Positions 42,001 through 54,854 of a stretch of DNA of 64,000 bases are shown one piece after another (the first letter of the stretch is position 1; each line of letters opens with the position of its first letter). The position numbers and the translations under genes were made by a program. Source of the DNA: the human T2T-CHM13v2.0 reference genome, Homo sapiens; the NCBI RefSeq assembly GCF_009914755.1, contig NC_060929.1; one strand, 5' to 3'. The notes below the pieces were generated by a model. It ran no database searches. It saw only the letters and a list, made by a program, of their open reading frames with translations, and had not been told where the DNA came from.

Positions 42001-42663
42001 GTCAGTGTCACACTTGTTTTCAAAGTTTGTACCCCTGAGACAACTGTTTGATAACCATTATACAGTAGGCACAGAAATAAGCATACTTTATCAAACAAAA
42101 CACTAAATCGCTGTCACTACATTAAAAATTATATTAATTTTTGTGAATGCTGTGGATAGAGGAGAATAATCTTAGAAGTTTTAAAATCTGTGCTTGGTTT
42201 TCATCTAGAAAGGAGTAAACGTCAGGCAAATAAACTTCACCTGTTACTTGGACATTTTCTCCCTGGCCTGCAAATCCACTTACAATTCCACCAAGTATAC
42301 ATATGAGAAAACCACAAACAACAGAACAGAAAACAGTTGCGGCGGGATTTGTTTTACATGTACGTACAAGTAGGTATTAGCCTTGAAATGCTTCTTGAAG
42401 GTAGAGTACATGAGAATTCTTTGGCTTGATCACAAAGAGCTCCCAATCTTGAGTTTTGTGGATTGAGGATTCTGAGTCACTATACTTTGGCTTTTAGACT
42501 ACATTAAAAGCACATGAACACTTTCAGTGTAACTTAACATGTAGTGAAGTTCACCTCCTAACAATACTTCACAGGATCCCTCCAAGAATGCCCAGTGCTG
42601 ATGTAGCAACACTAGCAGTAAGAGCTTATTGAGATGGCTGACTGAAGTGACACGGTGACACTG

Positions 42664-43287
42664 TTAATCGTTTGGTTTGTTCTGAAAAAAGTTTGTAAAG
42701 GACCACCCTCCTCCATTAGATTTAGGAGAGTCTTCATCTTTAGGAGGAATCAAAAATTGTCGGGAATTAATGGAGCATGGACTTCCAAATGAGACAATCT
42801 CACTGTTGCTGTCTATGGATCTAGGAGAGTCTGGAGACACTAAATTCCATGTATTTACATTGGCCTGAGGTCTGTAACCCGCAGTTTTATCTAAGTCCTC
42901 TTCTGCAGCTATATCTTCCACAGTAGAATTAATGGGGAGGTGCATCTGTGGCTTATAGCCTGCCCCTCCTACAGGGTCATTTTCTTGTTCTTCTTCTGGT
43001 TTTGCTTGAGGCTGATACATCGACTGAACATCAATGTAAATAACCTGTGCAGTCCCTCCAGCTTCATCTGCGGCTGGGTTTGGTATTTCTTCCTCAATGA
43101 TGGGTGGACAATAGGACACAACCACATGGTTTTCAGGCTCTGCATCAGAGCGATCTTCAGGACGCTCAGCTACTGGGGAAATTATTTCTGTATCTTCTAT
43201 TTTAGGAAATGCTGATCGAGTTTCCAGAACCTCAACATTATTTGGGGTACAAGGATTCATTTCCAATGTTTTAAGAGCACTGCTTCC
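42664..43287 (-). CDS. LIFR: LIFR terminal coding exon (624 nt): cytoplasmic tail with SHP2/SOCS3 site YIDV (Y974), STAT3 YXXQ sites (Y981, Y1001, Y1028) and S1044
   Basis: atttctag| acceptor. Translates GSSALKTLEMNPC...FFQNKPND then TAA. Numbering back-calculated assuming the 1097-aa LIFR. Confidence 0.98.
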   Translation of the reverse strand, partial: GSSALKTLEMNPCTPNNVEVLETRSAFPKIEDTEIISPVAERPEDRSDAEPENHVVVSYCPPIIEEEIPNPAADEAGGTAQVIYIDVQSMYQPQAKPEEEQENDPVGGAGYKPQMHLPINSTVEDIAAEEDLDKTAGYRPQANVNTWNLVSPDSPRSIDSNSEIVSFGSPCSINSRQFLIPPKDEDSPKSNGGGWSFTNFFQNKPND

Positions 43288-43657
43288 CTAGAAATAAATT
43301 TAAACACAGTGATTAAAAATAGCACTAAATGCCATTGCAATGCTCCTCCTATAAAAAGGGACACATTTTTCCCCAATCTGCTTGTAAACAGGTGTCTCTA
43401 CTACTCTGTATTTCACACAACAGCACAGCCACTTTTTTCTTCCGTATCAGTATTTTCCTTGTTATTAATACTTGTGGGAGAAAAAAGAGCACTGTATAAT
43501 TTAAAATTAATAATTTTAGAAACTGAGATGTTTTAAAGTATATAATTTTCCCAATACTTTTTAATTAAAATGACATTTGCATGTTAAAAACTTTTCACAA
43601 AAGATTAAAAAAAGAAGCCAGCACATCAAAGATAAATATAAGAAAATAAAAGATTAC

Positions 43658-43736
43658 CTCACAGACACTCTTTTGAAACTGTAATGCTTTACAGTTTTCT
43701 GGATTTGGAATATCAGGGTAGAAGGTTTCTTTAATC
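43658..43736 (-). CDS. LIFR: LIFR Box1 exon (79 nt, probably exon 19): IKETFYPDIPNPENCKALQFQKSVCE
   Basis: tttaaag| acceptor, GAG|gtaatc donor. PDIPNP is the JAK-binding Box1. Confidence 0.97.
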
Positions 43737-44090
43737 CTTTAAATAAAAAATTATTACAGTAAATTTAATAGTTTTAAGATTATTAGATAATAAATTAATA
43801 AATCATTAGGCTTATTTTGAAGTATTTATGAATCCTTTAATGCACATCTGAGATTAAAATGGAAGATCTTTAGTGTGATCATTCACTACAGCTGTCTATA
43901 CAATGCACTGAGAGGTTCCAACTTGAAAACCATAAACAGAATTCCATTTCTGGAACTATAATACCCATGTATCTCATGAAAATGGAAAGCAAGTAATTAA
44001 AATTGTGGCTGTGCCATCTAGTCCAAAGGATCTGGACTATGTAAGAACAGCTGTGATCCCATGGCACTGCTTTACTGAGGTGGTTAAAAA

Positions 44091-44317
44091 GGTGGTCATA
44101 AAGGTGATAACTACATGTCATGAGTACACTGCAGGCTGTGCTAAGAAAAAGGCTATTAATCTTGACCAAAAACTAAATGCAGCCAAAAATGAGATTTGCC
44201 TTTACCGAGGTGGTCATAAAAGTGATAGCCACGTGTCACGAGTACACTGCAGGCTGTGCTAAGAAAAAGGCTATTAATCTTGACCGAAAACTAAACGCAA
44301 CCAAAAATGAGATTTGC
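44091..44317 (+). repeat. Tandem duplication, 118-bp period, two copies
   Basis: ggtggtcataaa...gagatttgc at 44091 and again at 44209, near-identical. Confidence 0.92.
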
Positions 44318-44479
44318 TCAGTGTCCTATCATATTTTTATATTTATAGCTACTAAAAAGAACTGTATTACTTGAAATTCCTACAGAAAAAATAACTTTGT
44401 TAATGTGAGTTTGAAACGCTGTAACTTCTAAACTCCCTTCTTATTTTGTCTTTTTTTTCTTTTTTTGGTACTTTAATAG

Positions 44480-44797
<318 letters not shown>

Positions 44798-45843
44798 TAA
44801 TAGTTGTTTTAAAAATGTGAATTTTGGTAATGAGAATATGGTTACCAAAATAGACTATTCTATAGTTCTACAACTATTACTATTTTGATTTATAAGCCAG
44901 GATTGCTAAAATATGTTCTCTTGTCATAAATGATGGCATTTTTAAGGTCGGTGAGGACTGGTCTAAGCATGAATGCAGCCACTGGCTCCATACCCAGCCA
45001 GGACAGCTCTTGCCAGGTGACCATGCACATGGCCCTCTCTCCCACGGAGCTCCCGCTGACCTCACCTCATGTCACTCATTCCTGTTTCACCAGGCACACA
45101 GCTCCTCCCACTTTCTCTGAAGGTTTGACTCTTTCCAATTTCAGGGCCCTCAAAGAAATAATTATCTGTCTGTAACATTCTTTTCCCTCTCCTTACCCTT
45201 TGGAACTGTACCGCAGACCAGCCGTGACGGGCCATGGCCGACCAGCTCGCAGGACGTAGCCCCCTGCTGGTCTCCTCAGGGTACCTGGTTCAGTCTTCCT
45301 AGCACCCACTCACACTCTGCAAGCACACACTTGCTGGATGCCTATGGTTTACTGTCCCTCTTCCCACACTGTGCTCCAAGTCTATAAGAGCCATGGCTTG
45401 TTTTGTGCACCACGATATGATATCCCCCTTCACATGGAAGAGGTCATTCATATTTGTTGAATAAATGAGCAAATGATTAAAATGACCAGATTTTCTAAAT
45501 AGGTCACCAGGGCAAGTGAGATCTTAATCATTAAATTATGCTTAATCTTGTAGATAGCTATTGCCATATTTCAGCCTATAAATATTTTTTATAATAGTAA
45601 CTGCTATGACTTTAAATTATTAGGAAAAATAGTAGAAAAAATTTACACATTGACTCTATTAAGACCTTTAAATAATATGTCATGTTCTTAATATTAAATC
45701 CAACATTAATTCTAATTAAAACATTTTTTAACTAACTTATTACAACAAAAAAGATACACTTATTTAATACATAAACTAATCTTACAAATCTTATAATCAT
45801 GCCTTTAAGAAGAAAACAGCAAGAGTAAATGCAGAACTATTAC

Positions 45844-45937
45844 CATTCTCGTTTCCGATAGCAAAGGATACTTGTCACCACTCCAACAATGACAGCCACT
45901 GCCACTGGGATGAGAATGGCAATAATTAATCCCACAG
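45844..45937 (-). CDS. LIFR: LIFR transmembrane exon (94 nt, probably exon 18): (S)VGLIIAILIPVAVAVIVGVVTSILCYRKRE(W)
   Basis: gtttcag| acceptor, ATG|gtaata donor. Hydrophobic helix followed by an RKR stop-transfer. Confidence 0.97.
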
Positions 45938-46135
45938 CTGAAACGAGAGTATTGCAAATATTAAAATCGCCATTTTTAGTGTGAAGTACAGAATAGATGT
46001 ATGTTAGAAGGTATTTAGGTTGGTAAATTATTTAGGAAAAAAACAAAATTAACTGCTGCAGGGACACTGAAAAACTATTAAAATCAAACTTTCAGGTATT
46101 GTGATAATTTTTATACAAATACTTAAACTCTTCCA

Positions 46136-46358
46136 AGTAGGGTTTCTCAATCTTGATACTTGTGACATTTTAGGCCAGACAGATCTTCACTAGAGGATCA
46201 GGGGAGACAGTCCTTGCACTACTGGAAGTTTAACAGCATCCATGGCCTCTCACCGCTAGATACCAGCAGTATCCCCCAGTTATGACAACCAAAAATGACA
46301 CGAGACAGTGCCAAGTATCTCTTAGGTGACAAAATCACTCTCCGTTGAGAATCACTGC
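46136..46358. mobile_element. MER20-like hAT MITE
   Basis: Terminal inverted repeats gggtttctcaa ... gttgagaatcactg; internal gacaaccaaaaatg. Confidence 0.8.
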
Positions 46359-46887
46359 TTTATAGAACCATATCCTCATGGCTCTTTATATAAGAGCTGT
46401 GTGTGAACTCCAACTCAGGGGTAGAGGATAAGCCTATGATCGAAGTGAAGTTCTTTACCGCAGAAAGATAGTCAAGGCCATCACTCTTCTCTCAAATTTG
46501 AGTGTTGTGCTTTACAAAAAATTTTTTTAAGAATATCTCCTTCACTTTTCCCTAGATATGTTAGAAATCACATAACAGCTGGAGCAAAATATTTTTAAAT
46601 GTTGACCGTTAGATAAATTCAATATGACTTTAGACCTCTAGACTTCAGATGTATCCCAAATTCATTAATTTCTTAGGTACTCATTTGGAAATAACTTCAA
46701 ATAACTGACAAGAATAAACATGAAGTAATCTTACAGCTTTTTAACCCTTCCCTCTACCAGCCAAAAACTGCAACAAAATGTGAATGTTTTTTAGAAAGGG
46801 CGGGGAGGGGTTCCTACATAAACCAAGAATCACTAGAACACTACGCATGCAGGATGGAAAGCACCTCAACAGCAACCTGAAACTTAC

Positions 46888-47049
46888 AATTTTCCTTTGT
46901 CACCACATACATACTCTTCTCCGGGCCCACTCCACCATCTGTATAGGCTCGCAAGACCAGGTGGTAACTTGTTTTACCTTGAAGATCAGCAATTCTCAGT
47001 GTCTTCTGGGATATGTCAGTAATATTCTTAATTTTTATGTCAGAACGAC
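46888..47049 (-). CDS. LIFR: LIFR coding exon (162 nt, probably exon 17): (G)RSDIKIKNITDISQKTLRIADLQGKTSYHLVLRAYTDGGVGPEKSMYVVTKEN
   Basis: aaaatag| acceptor, ATT|gtaagt donor. Membrane-proximal FNIII motif AYTDGGVG. Confidence 0.96.
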
Positions 47050-47589
47050 CTATTTTTAAAATGAAGTATGTTAGCACTAATCTCTAACCCGTTTCAAATG
47101 CATGGTTACCCACACCTGTCTCACCAACTGCCCTTCTAAGTGGGTCTAGCTGAGGCCATCCCAGCCAAGGACTCTGGAGCTGCCACTACCTTGTTCAAGC
47201 TCTACCCCCACGCCAGTCATTAGCTGTGTCGTATGGGCCCCTTATTTAAACCACTCTCAAGTGGAGTTTTTCTACTGATGAAATAGAATATCATGACTTA
47301 AGCTGTTTGAAGTTTTCACACACATTCTGTAGCATAATGCCTGGCACACAGCAGGCAATCAATAATAGTCCCATTTCTTCTACTAAAAGCATGAAAACCA
47401 CCACAACCAAAAGCCACTTAGGCTGAGCCTTCCCATGAGTGAGAGTGAAAGATGGGATGAAGCAAACCTGCAGATCAATAGAGATGACTCCAAACCACTT
47501 AGAAAAAGGATCAGTGTGATGGGGACTCTCAAATAAGACTAATGAGAAATCCTTTGGGTTATAACTTCAAAAGGAAGAGTGAGGAATCA

Positions 47590-49200
47590 TTTGAACTACT
47601 ATTTTATTTTTAAAAATTTAACCAGAATAATGCAGGATAACAGGTTAAAAAATTAAATAGTACTAAATGGTTACTAACAAAAAGTGACAGTTCTCTACCA
47701 GCTCCTCCCCTCGCCCCCTACAACCACTGTAAAAGCCATGTAATCAAGTTTCTTTGGGTATTTATCTCTATATTCCAAAGTAGCAAACTTAGAGAGATGT
47801 GACTTTTAACTATTAGACCTTATCTACACATACTTTATAAGGGCAGATAAAGATAGAGCTCTTTTACGCTACCATCACCCTTTCCCCCACCACATCATTC
47901 GTATAGAAACATCGGAACTTTTGATGAATTCAGTGTTTGGATTACTATGATTATATAAATATGAGTTACTGCTAAGACACATTGCTTGGTGTCATCATGT
48001 TTCCTATCTTGTTTTCCCATTGTTATAACTGCTTTTTCCCTCATTTGCTTGATTTTCTACATACCAGTCAATAATTCTTCCCATATCCTCCAATGTACAC
48101 TCAGATTTTCCACGTGGTCAAACACAACAAAATCCCAGGTCCACATCTTCTCTGCCCTCCCCTCCACCCATCCCTTGCCTCCTGCACTAGACTGGATGCC
48201 TTCAGGGCTGAGGCCCTCCTGGAGCTCCCTGCTCTCTCTCCCCTGTGGCTTCCTGGACCGGCCTCACTTCATTTCCTCATTAGGATGCACTCTTCTAGTA
48301 GCTTCTTGAGAAAAGCAACATGGGGAAAGTAAATGTTTGCAGCCTCGCATGTACAAAATATCTGCATTTCTCTCTCACGTTGGTTGACAGACTGGTGGAG
48401 TATCGAATTTTAGGTTGAAAATAATTTTCATTCAGTATTTTGAAGAGACTTCTAGTATCTGGAGTGTTGCTGGGCTGTCTATTGCCATTATTATTCCTGA
48501 TTGCTTGCACATGACCTGCTTGTCTCTGATCATTTCTTTCACATTAGCTGCTTGGAAAATTCATAATGACATACCTTGGCATAGATCTTTTTTCTATTTA
48601 TTTTGCTGTGTATTTAATGAATTCTTTGGCTCTATATACAGTAGTCCGCCCATTTTCCTCAGAGAATAATTATAACAATATACTGTAATAAAAATTACGT
48701 AAATATGGTCTCTCTCTTTCTTAAAGTATCTTATTGTACTGAACTCATCTATTTTCAGACTGCTTTTTGCCAGGGGTAACTGAAATGGCAGAAAGCGAAA
48801 CCATGGTAAGTGAAACAGCGGAGAAGGGGATCTGCTTGTAGTTAGGCCCTTCAGTTCTAAGGAACGTTCTTCAATCGACCCCTCCGTTCAGACCAGATTG
48901 ATCCTCACCACTCAGCCTCCAAGGCCTGGTCTGGCAGGTACTGGAGAAGTTCCTTCTCAACAATGCCTGACTGCCCACACAGATTTCACAATCTTCCACT
49001 CATTTAAGTCATTTGCCCCACTTCCACCCACAAATTTCTGAATCTTCTTTTTCAGTGTTGTTTTGCCTCTTCTGTTCTCTCCTTGTGGCTTTATTAGAGT
49101 TTGGGGGTGTTTCCCCTTCTTTATGCTAACTTTAGTGACCCATCTACCATGTCTCACTGGAAATCCAGATGCTAGAATTTTAACTGGTTCAAGTGTAAAA
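47590..49200. mobile_element. Old L1M-like relic containing a Tigger3/MER8-like insert (~48639-48840)
   Basis: Degenerate L1-like text. The insert begins TAcagtagtcc and contains ataacaatatactgtaataaaa and ggtaactgaaa. Confidence 0.5.
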
Positions 49201-50146
49201 TTTCCAAGCATGTGAGGCAAGTCACACTAGGCTCTGGATGTTTGTGGAATTTGATATTCAGGATGTCCCTCATTCACCAGCAATCATGAAGGTTCAGGAA
49301 ATGCAGAACTTGGGGACCGAAGGGGAGGCACACACTTTCTGCAGGTGTTCTAGGGAGTGACTGAGACAGTGCTCGGCCAGCACTGCCATACCGTGGTGGA
49401 GTTCTCTATTTCTCAGACAGGCATTAAATAATTAAAATGATTTCTTTCTGAGGCGAGGTCATCCAGGGACATGAAAGCTCTCAAACTGAAAAGATGATAT
49501 GCTTGTGTTATGCAGCTATGAATAAGAAATATCTGATTCTCAGCAGAAACATAATGAAAGGAAAAGCCAGAAATCTGTACAATTTTGTATTTGTAAATCT
49601 GAGAATTCTCTAAAGTCTTTGGATGTACACTTGCCGATTTCCAAGGATTGTCTGTACTTTTTAATACATCCCCAATCAAGTCAATTAAGTTTTCCAGCTT
49701 ATCAAGGGCATGGCTAAGACGCTAATAGGCCAATGGTTTTTTGTCAAATTACAACTGAGGATCTGAAGCTAACTCTTTGGATTCCTGAGTTTTTCTCCTC
49801 CACTGCTGTAAGTAAAAGATTTCTTTTTGGAAGTAAACTTCATGAGATGCCTTGTTATGGATTATGTACAGCTCTAATAAGAGATGGTTTCTGTCCTATG
49901 AGGCTTATAATCAACGGCTTCAGAATAAATGATTTAAATGATTTCTGAAAGACTATACATGTCATTATTGCACACTAAAATCTTAAAACTCTTATATTCA
50001 TAGAATTACTGCCTTTTCATTTCTCTATCTTTCAGATAGTTTTGAAAACCAGTACTAAACTACTGAGCAGGACTTTCCTTTTTTTTCTGTTGTGGTTAAT
50101 GAGAAACTTCTAAGAAACACTTTCCTTGTGCTATCAATTTACTCAC

Positions 50147-50314
50147 CTGATTCTAAAACCCTCATCTTAGATGTGTCTCTTTCTCCTTTTCCAAAGTAAA
50201 ACAAATATCCTCTTAAAAAGCCTCTAAGTTCTTCCACAGGAATGTCTTCCCATTTTACTAATATCGAATCTGCAGAAGTATCCTCAACAGTAAAATTTGG
50301 TGCAACAATGGGAG
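50147..50314 (-). CDS. LIFR: LIFR coding exon (168 nt, probably exon 16): (A)PIVAPNFTVEDTSADSILVKWEDIPVEELRGFLRGYLFYFGKGERDTSKMRVLES
   Basis: ccttttacag| acceptor, CAG|gtgagt donor. Confidence 0.96.
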
Positions 50315-50779
50315 CTGTAAAAGGAAAAAGTCAATTGCTAAAGGGGAGTGTATGAATACAGAGTAATACAGTAATGTTTCCTGAGCTTTCTAGCCTCAAA
50401 AATAATTCAACTTGGAATTAAAACTTTATTTAATCATAAACTTTCAGAGAGAGATGATCACAAACGCTTTTTTTGTGAAGCTTACATACTAATAACCATA
50501 GACAAAAATATTTTTAGGAACAAAGGTAGAACTTACAATATCCCTTTTAGACAAACACATATCTAGGGAAGCAATCTATGCAAAATCTTTCAGTGGCTAT
50601 TCAGATAGACTTCATTTGTATTTCACATCTTTATTGATAGTCCTGAAGAAGTTAATAGTTTTTTAAACTTGTAAAAGTACTAATTAAATATTTTTGACAT
50701 CCAAGTTCAGATTTAATTTTCCTGAGGACGAGTAAAATTGTGAAATGTAAACATTCAACAAATGATTTCAGAGTAAGCA

Positions 50780-51063
50780 GGCCCAGTGCAGTGGCTGATG
50801 CCTGTAATCCCAGCACTTTAGGAGGCTGAGGTGGGAGGATCATTTGAGCCCAGGAATTTTGAGACCAGCCTGGGCAACATAATGAAACCTCATCTCTACA
50901 AAAAAAAAAAAAAATTAGCTGAGCATGGTGGCATGCACCTGTAGTCCCAGCTACCCAGGAGGCTGAGGTGGGAGGATCACCTGAGCCCAGGAGGTTGAGG
51001 CTGAAGAGAGCCATGATCTCACCACTGCACTCCAGCCTGGGTGACAGAGTAAGACCCTCTCTC

Positions 51064-51090
<27 letters not shown>
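50780..51090 (+). mobile_element. Alu (AluJ-like), antisense to LIFR
   Basis: AluJ-type ggaggatcacctgagcccaggaggttgaggctg and a long poly-A. Confidence 0.95.
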
Positions 51091-51095
<5 letters not shown>

Positions 51096-51258
51096 GGAGG
51101 AGAAAAAAGTAGTAATCAAATACTTTTTAATTTATCAAATTATTTTACCTTCCTTCAATTATACATCTTATTTTTAGAATTCAATCATACCATTGTTGCC
51201 AATTTATAATTTCTCATGTTGCCTTGAGCTCTTATAAGTAAGTACCCATTTAACTTAC

Positions 51259-51360
51259 CCAATTCTTCTATATATCCAATCATGGAGCGTAATAATTGAT
51301 ATCCTTGATTTCTGCATCCATACAGGAAAAAATTATATCTTATACCTGGTCGAAACTCAT
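51259..51360 (-). CDS. LIFR: LIFR coding exon (102 nt, probably exon 15): (D)EFRPGIRYNFFLYGCRNQGYQLLRSMIGYIEEL
   Basis: cctatag| acceptor, TGG|gtaagt donor. FNIII motif FRPGIRY. Confidence 0.96.
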
Positions 51361-51669
51361 CTATAGGATGAACATATCAGCAAACTTTCATAAATATATT
51401 ACTATGAATATCTATTTTAGAAACATCAAGTTCATAACATACTCTAAAATTTCCAAAGCTAATTTTAAAGATGTTTTCTTATTAAAAAATACATATATAT
51501 TTTAAAGACTAGTAAATATTCAAAAGAAAATTGACTAAACAAAAATTAAATTTACTTCTATTTTAACAAAAAGTTTAGTAATATAAGATGGGATTGCATT
51601 GAAGAGAACAACGATGATTTAAGGCTTACATTTTGTTCCTTTTTCCAGGAAGAAATCATCATTGCTTGA

Positions 51670-51936
<267 letters not shown>

Positions 51937-54674
51937 CAACTGCTTGATTTTAATGAACAAAATGTAAGTCTACATCAACTTCCTGGGTCAGTTCACTAAG
52001 CCATTCATTCGAGGTCCACATCATGCCTCTATAAATCCCTTCCTTACCTAGTGTTATTTCTGAGTTGGAAAAAGCAAACAAACCCACTGCTCTCTCCTCT
52101 TGTTCCAAGAAGCAGAATTAAAAGTTGCACTCTGCCTTGAAGCTTCAGTGTTAAAGGAATTAGGTCTTAGAGTTTATTCCTCTTTATAACATCACCATTA
52201 AGTGTCCTTGGGTGAGTTAACTCCACAAGATATAGAAATACTTTGAATTAACTCCACAGGACATAGAGGTACTTCCAATTGAAGTACCTTAACTTAAATT
52301 CAAAAGGCTGCTTTTAAATGTCTCCTGAATACAATGCAATGTGTACAATGTGAGCAACACAGACATGCATAAAACGTCAAGCATGGAGACACTTGCAGAG
52401 TGGTGGGGAAGACAGACGAACAAGGGTAACCATAACAGTGTGTTATATTAGAGGTATGTATCAGATGCCATGGAATCTTAAGTGAGGGGCCAAATGAGTC
52501 TAAAAAGATCAGAAACAGCTACAATAAGGGCCATCTGAATAAGGCCTTGAAGGGCAATTAGATGCTCATCAGTGGTGGTCGAGAAAGAAGATAATGCCGG
52601 GGGACACGCAGGGGGGATTGGCAGCATATGGCATTGCATTTAATTTGCAGAATGCAATTATTCTGGTGTGGTTAAAGCATTAGTTCTCCAATCAAGTGCC
52701 TATAAAACACCAGTGGCCTACAGGCTCCAATTTGAGACAGTAGTCAACTTCTAACATCATACAACCCAAGAAAAACTGAATCAACTTGTCTAAAATATTA
52801 ACTTTTCTTCTTGTAATCACTTTCCTTAAACGTTTGTTATGTGCTGGCACGTCCTAAGTATGCAGTAATGCAACTCAAGCTCAGCCAACTGTGTTTAGTT
52901 TTGCAACATTTTTCTTTGGAGAAAGGTATGCTTGAGGTTATCATTTTATACTGCATGTACATCTGTAAATCTGTACCTCTTTTTATGTTAAAATTATTTA
53001 TTAACAATATTTTATAGGGCTCTGACACTTTAAAAAAAGAGGCTGAGAAGGTTAGAGCATTAGGAATGTGCTAAGGTCAAAAAAGAGAGTGGACAGCTTA
53101 ATGAGTAGAGAACAGGATGAGAGAGGAATAAAAGGTGTGCCTACTATGTGCCACTTGCTGTTCCAGAAGCTCAGCAGTAAATAAAAGACAATATTCCCAG
53201 CCTCTTGAAGCTCTGAATAACTCTGAATTTGAACCTGGGTTCTATCACATACTAATTTTGTGACCTTGGAAAAGGCACCTAACTTCTCTGAGTTTTTGTT
53301 TTCTCAAGCTTTGTGTCTTTGTTCAATTGAGTTGGCACAGAAAGTTCTCTTCCCACAATCATCGCGGGGCAGCTTCCCCATATCCTGCAGGTCTCAGCTA
53401 AAACTTAAATGGGTAGATACTCCATTTATATCCACTCCAGCCTATCCCAGTCCATCCTGATTATTCTAAAAGCTCAGGTGAGAAAGGACAGACTGGAATC
53501 GTGTAAGGCTCATTCAGCAACATGGGAGGGGATGGAAGGGAAGGTGCAGGAAAAGAAGGGTAGCATGTGGCTGGGTCCTTGATAAGTACAGTGCACTGTA
53601 AGGAAGGATAAAGGGAACAACTCAGGAAGATCATTACCACTTCAGCCAATTATACATGTGGAGGAGTTTGGCTGTATTCCAAGTAGAACTGGAAAATAAT
53701 CTGAACTCATACATGATAATCCAATGAATGGGACCCATCCTCATCATCTGAGAGAGAAACAGTAAGCAAGTAGAAAGTGTTCCCTGAGAGAGAGGTAAGG
53801 AGCAGGCTGCTTGCTCTTCTGCACTTCCCTAACACGCGAGGGAGGCAGGAGACAGGAATGATCACGAAGCATCACTACTGACAAGCTACAGGGTCCAGAA
53901 ATCCCATGGGGACAGGCAGGATACACTCCCATTGTGCCAGGAAAACAACGATGATATTGCAGAGAGGGCTCTAATTCCTAAGGACAAGGCTGGATTAGCC
54001 TGTAGGTTATTAAACACTCCTCTGTGGAAAAACTTCTCAGGCTGCATCCCATAGAGGGACACTCACCGGCAGCTCACAAGCTCCTGAGCATCAGGCTCAT
54101 GGAACGCAAGGCCTCCCACCCACACTGCGCTCAGTCCAGCCGATGCCCCCTTGCCCTGCATCAGGGTTAAGTGGTAAGGGGTTCACGGTCTTTGTGCTCA
54201 GTCTCTCCCTAACCTTGGTAACCTGGACCCTGGGCAAACAAGGCAAAGGCCCTTGTGTGAGACCAGGCTACAGTTCCGTAGTTTTTTTTTTTCATGAACA
54301 TTTATTTAATTTTCCACATAATTTTTAATGTTACTTAACATTCCATTTTATAGGTGTACCATCATTTACTCATTCCCTTATTTGCTATTTGGGTTTTTAA
54401 TTTTTCACAATTATCAATAATACTGTCATGAACATTCTTAGATTAAATCTGTGTTGTTCTCTGATTATTTCTAAGAATAAATTTCTAGACCAGTAATTAC
54501 CAGATCAAAGGGTTTGGATCCTTCCATGTGCTGCCACAACTACCCTCCCAGGAAAGTCAAACCTATTTATACCCATCCAGCAGTAAAGAGAATCACTTCA
54601 CTGCACCCAGTCTTACGTGTTGCCTTTTAAAAATATTTTGTAGAACTTAATTGAGAGACACTAATTCATCTTAC

Positions 54675-54854
54675 CAGATTCTATTACAGTTTCAGTGCTG
54701 TTTGAGGGAACTTTTCTCCAGTCCATAAGGCATGGTTCCGACCGAGACGAGTTACACCACTTAATGACGTAGTCGCAAGTCATGTTGGGGTCGTAATGCC
54801 AGGTGAGGAGAATCCCCTTTCCCATCCCAACAACTTGTTCTATTTTGAGATCAT
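54675..54854 (-). CDS. LIFR: LIFR coding exon (180 nt, probably exon 14): (D)DLKIEQVVGMGKGILLTWHYDPNMTCDYVIKWCN...TETVIES
   Basis: ttattgaag| acceptor, CTG|gtaaga donor. Lies within the ORF-track entry 54661..54909. Confidence 0.96.

Larger units (their letters stand above)
35737..42663 (-). other. LIFR: LIFR long AU-rich 3'UTR (end approximate)
   Basis: AT-rich and essentially Alu-free after the stop. Minus-strand AATAAA at 36051-36056, 35762-35767 and 35755-35760. Confidence 0.75.

Noticed and set aside
44091-44317. Direct repeats here, at 20803 and at 55700-56016 considered as CRISPR-like arrays
   Set aside because: Eukaryotic intron context, no regular repeat-spacer periodicity with unique spacers, and no cas genes.
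50652-51119. Alu-derived ORFs (also at 4117, 8580, 12837, 34562, 51703, 57805, 62557 and 63383)
   Set aside because: Standard Alu translations ([18 protein letters not shown]), not genes.
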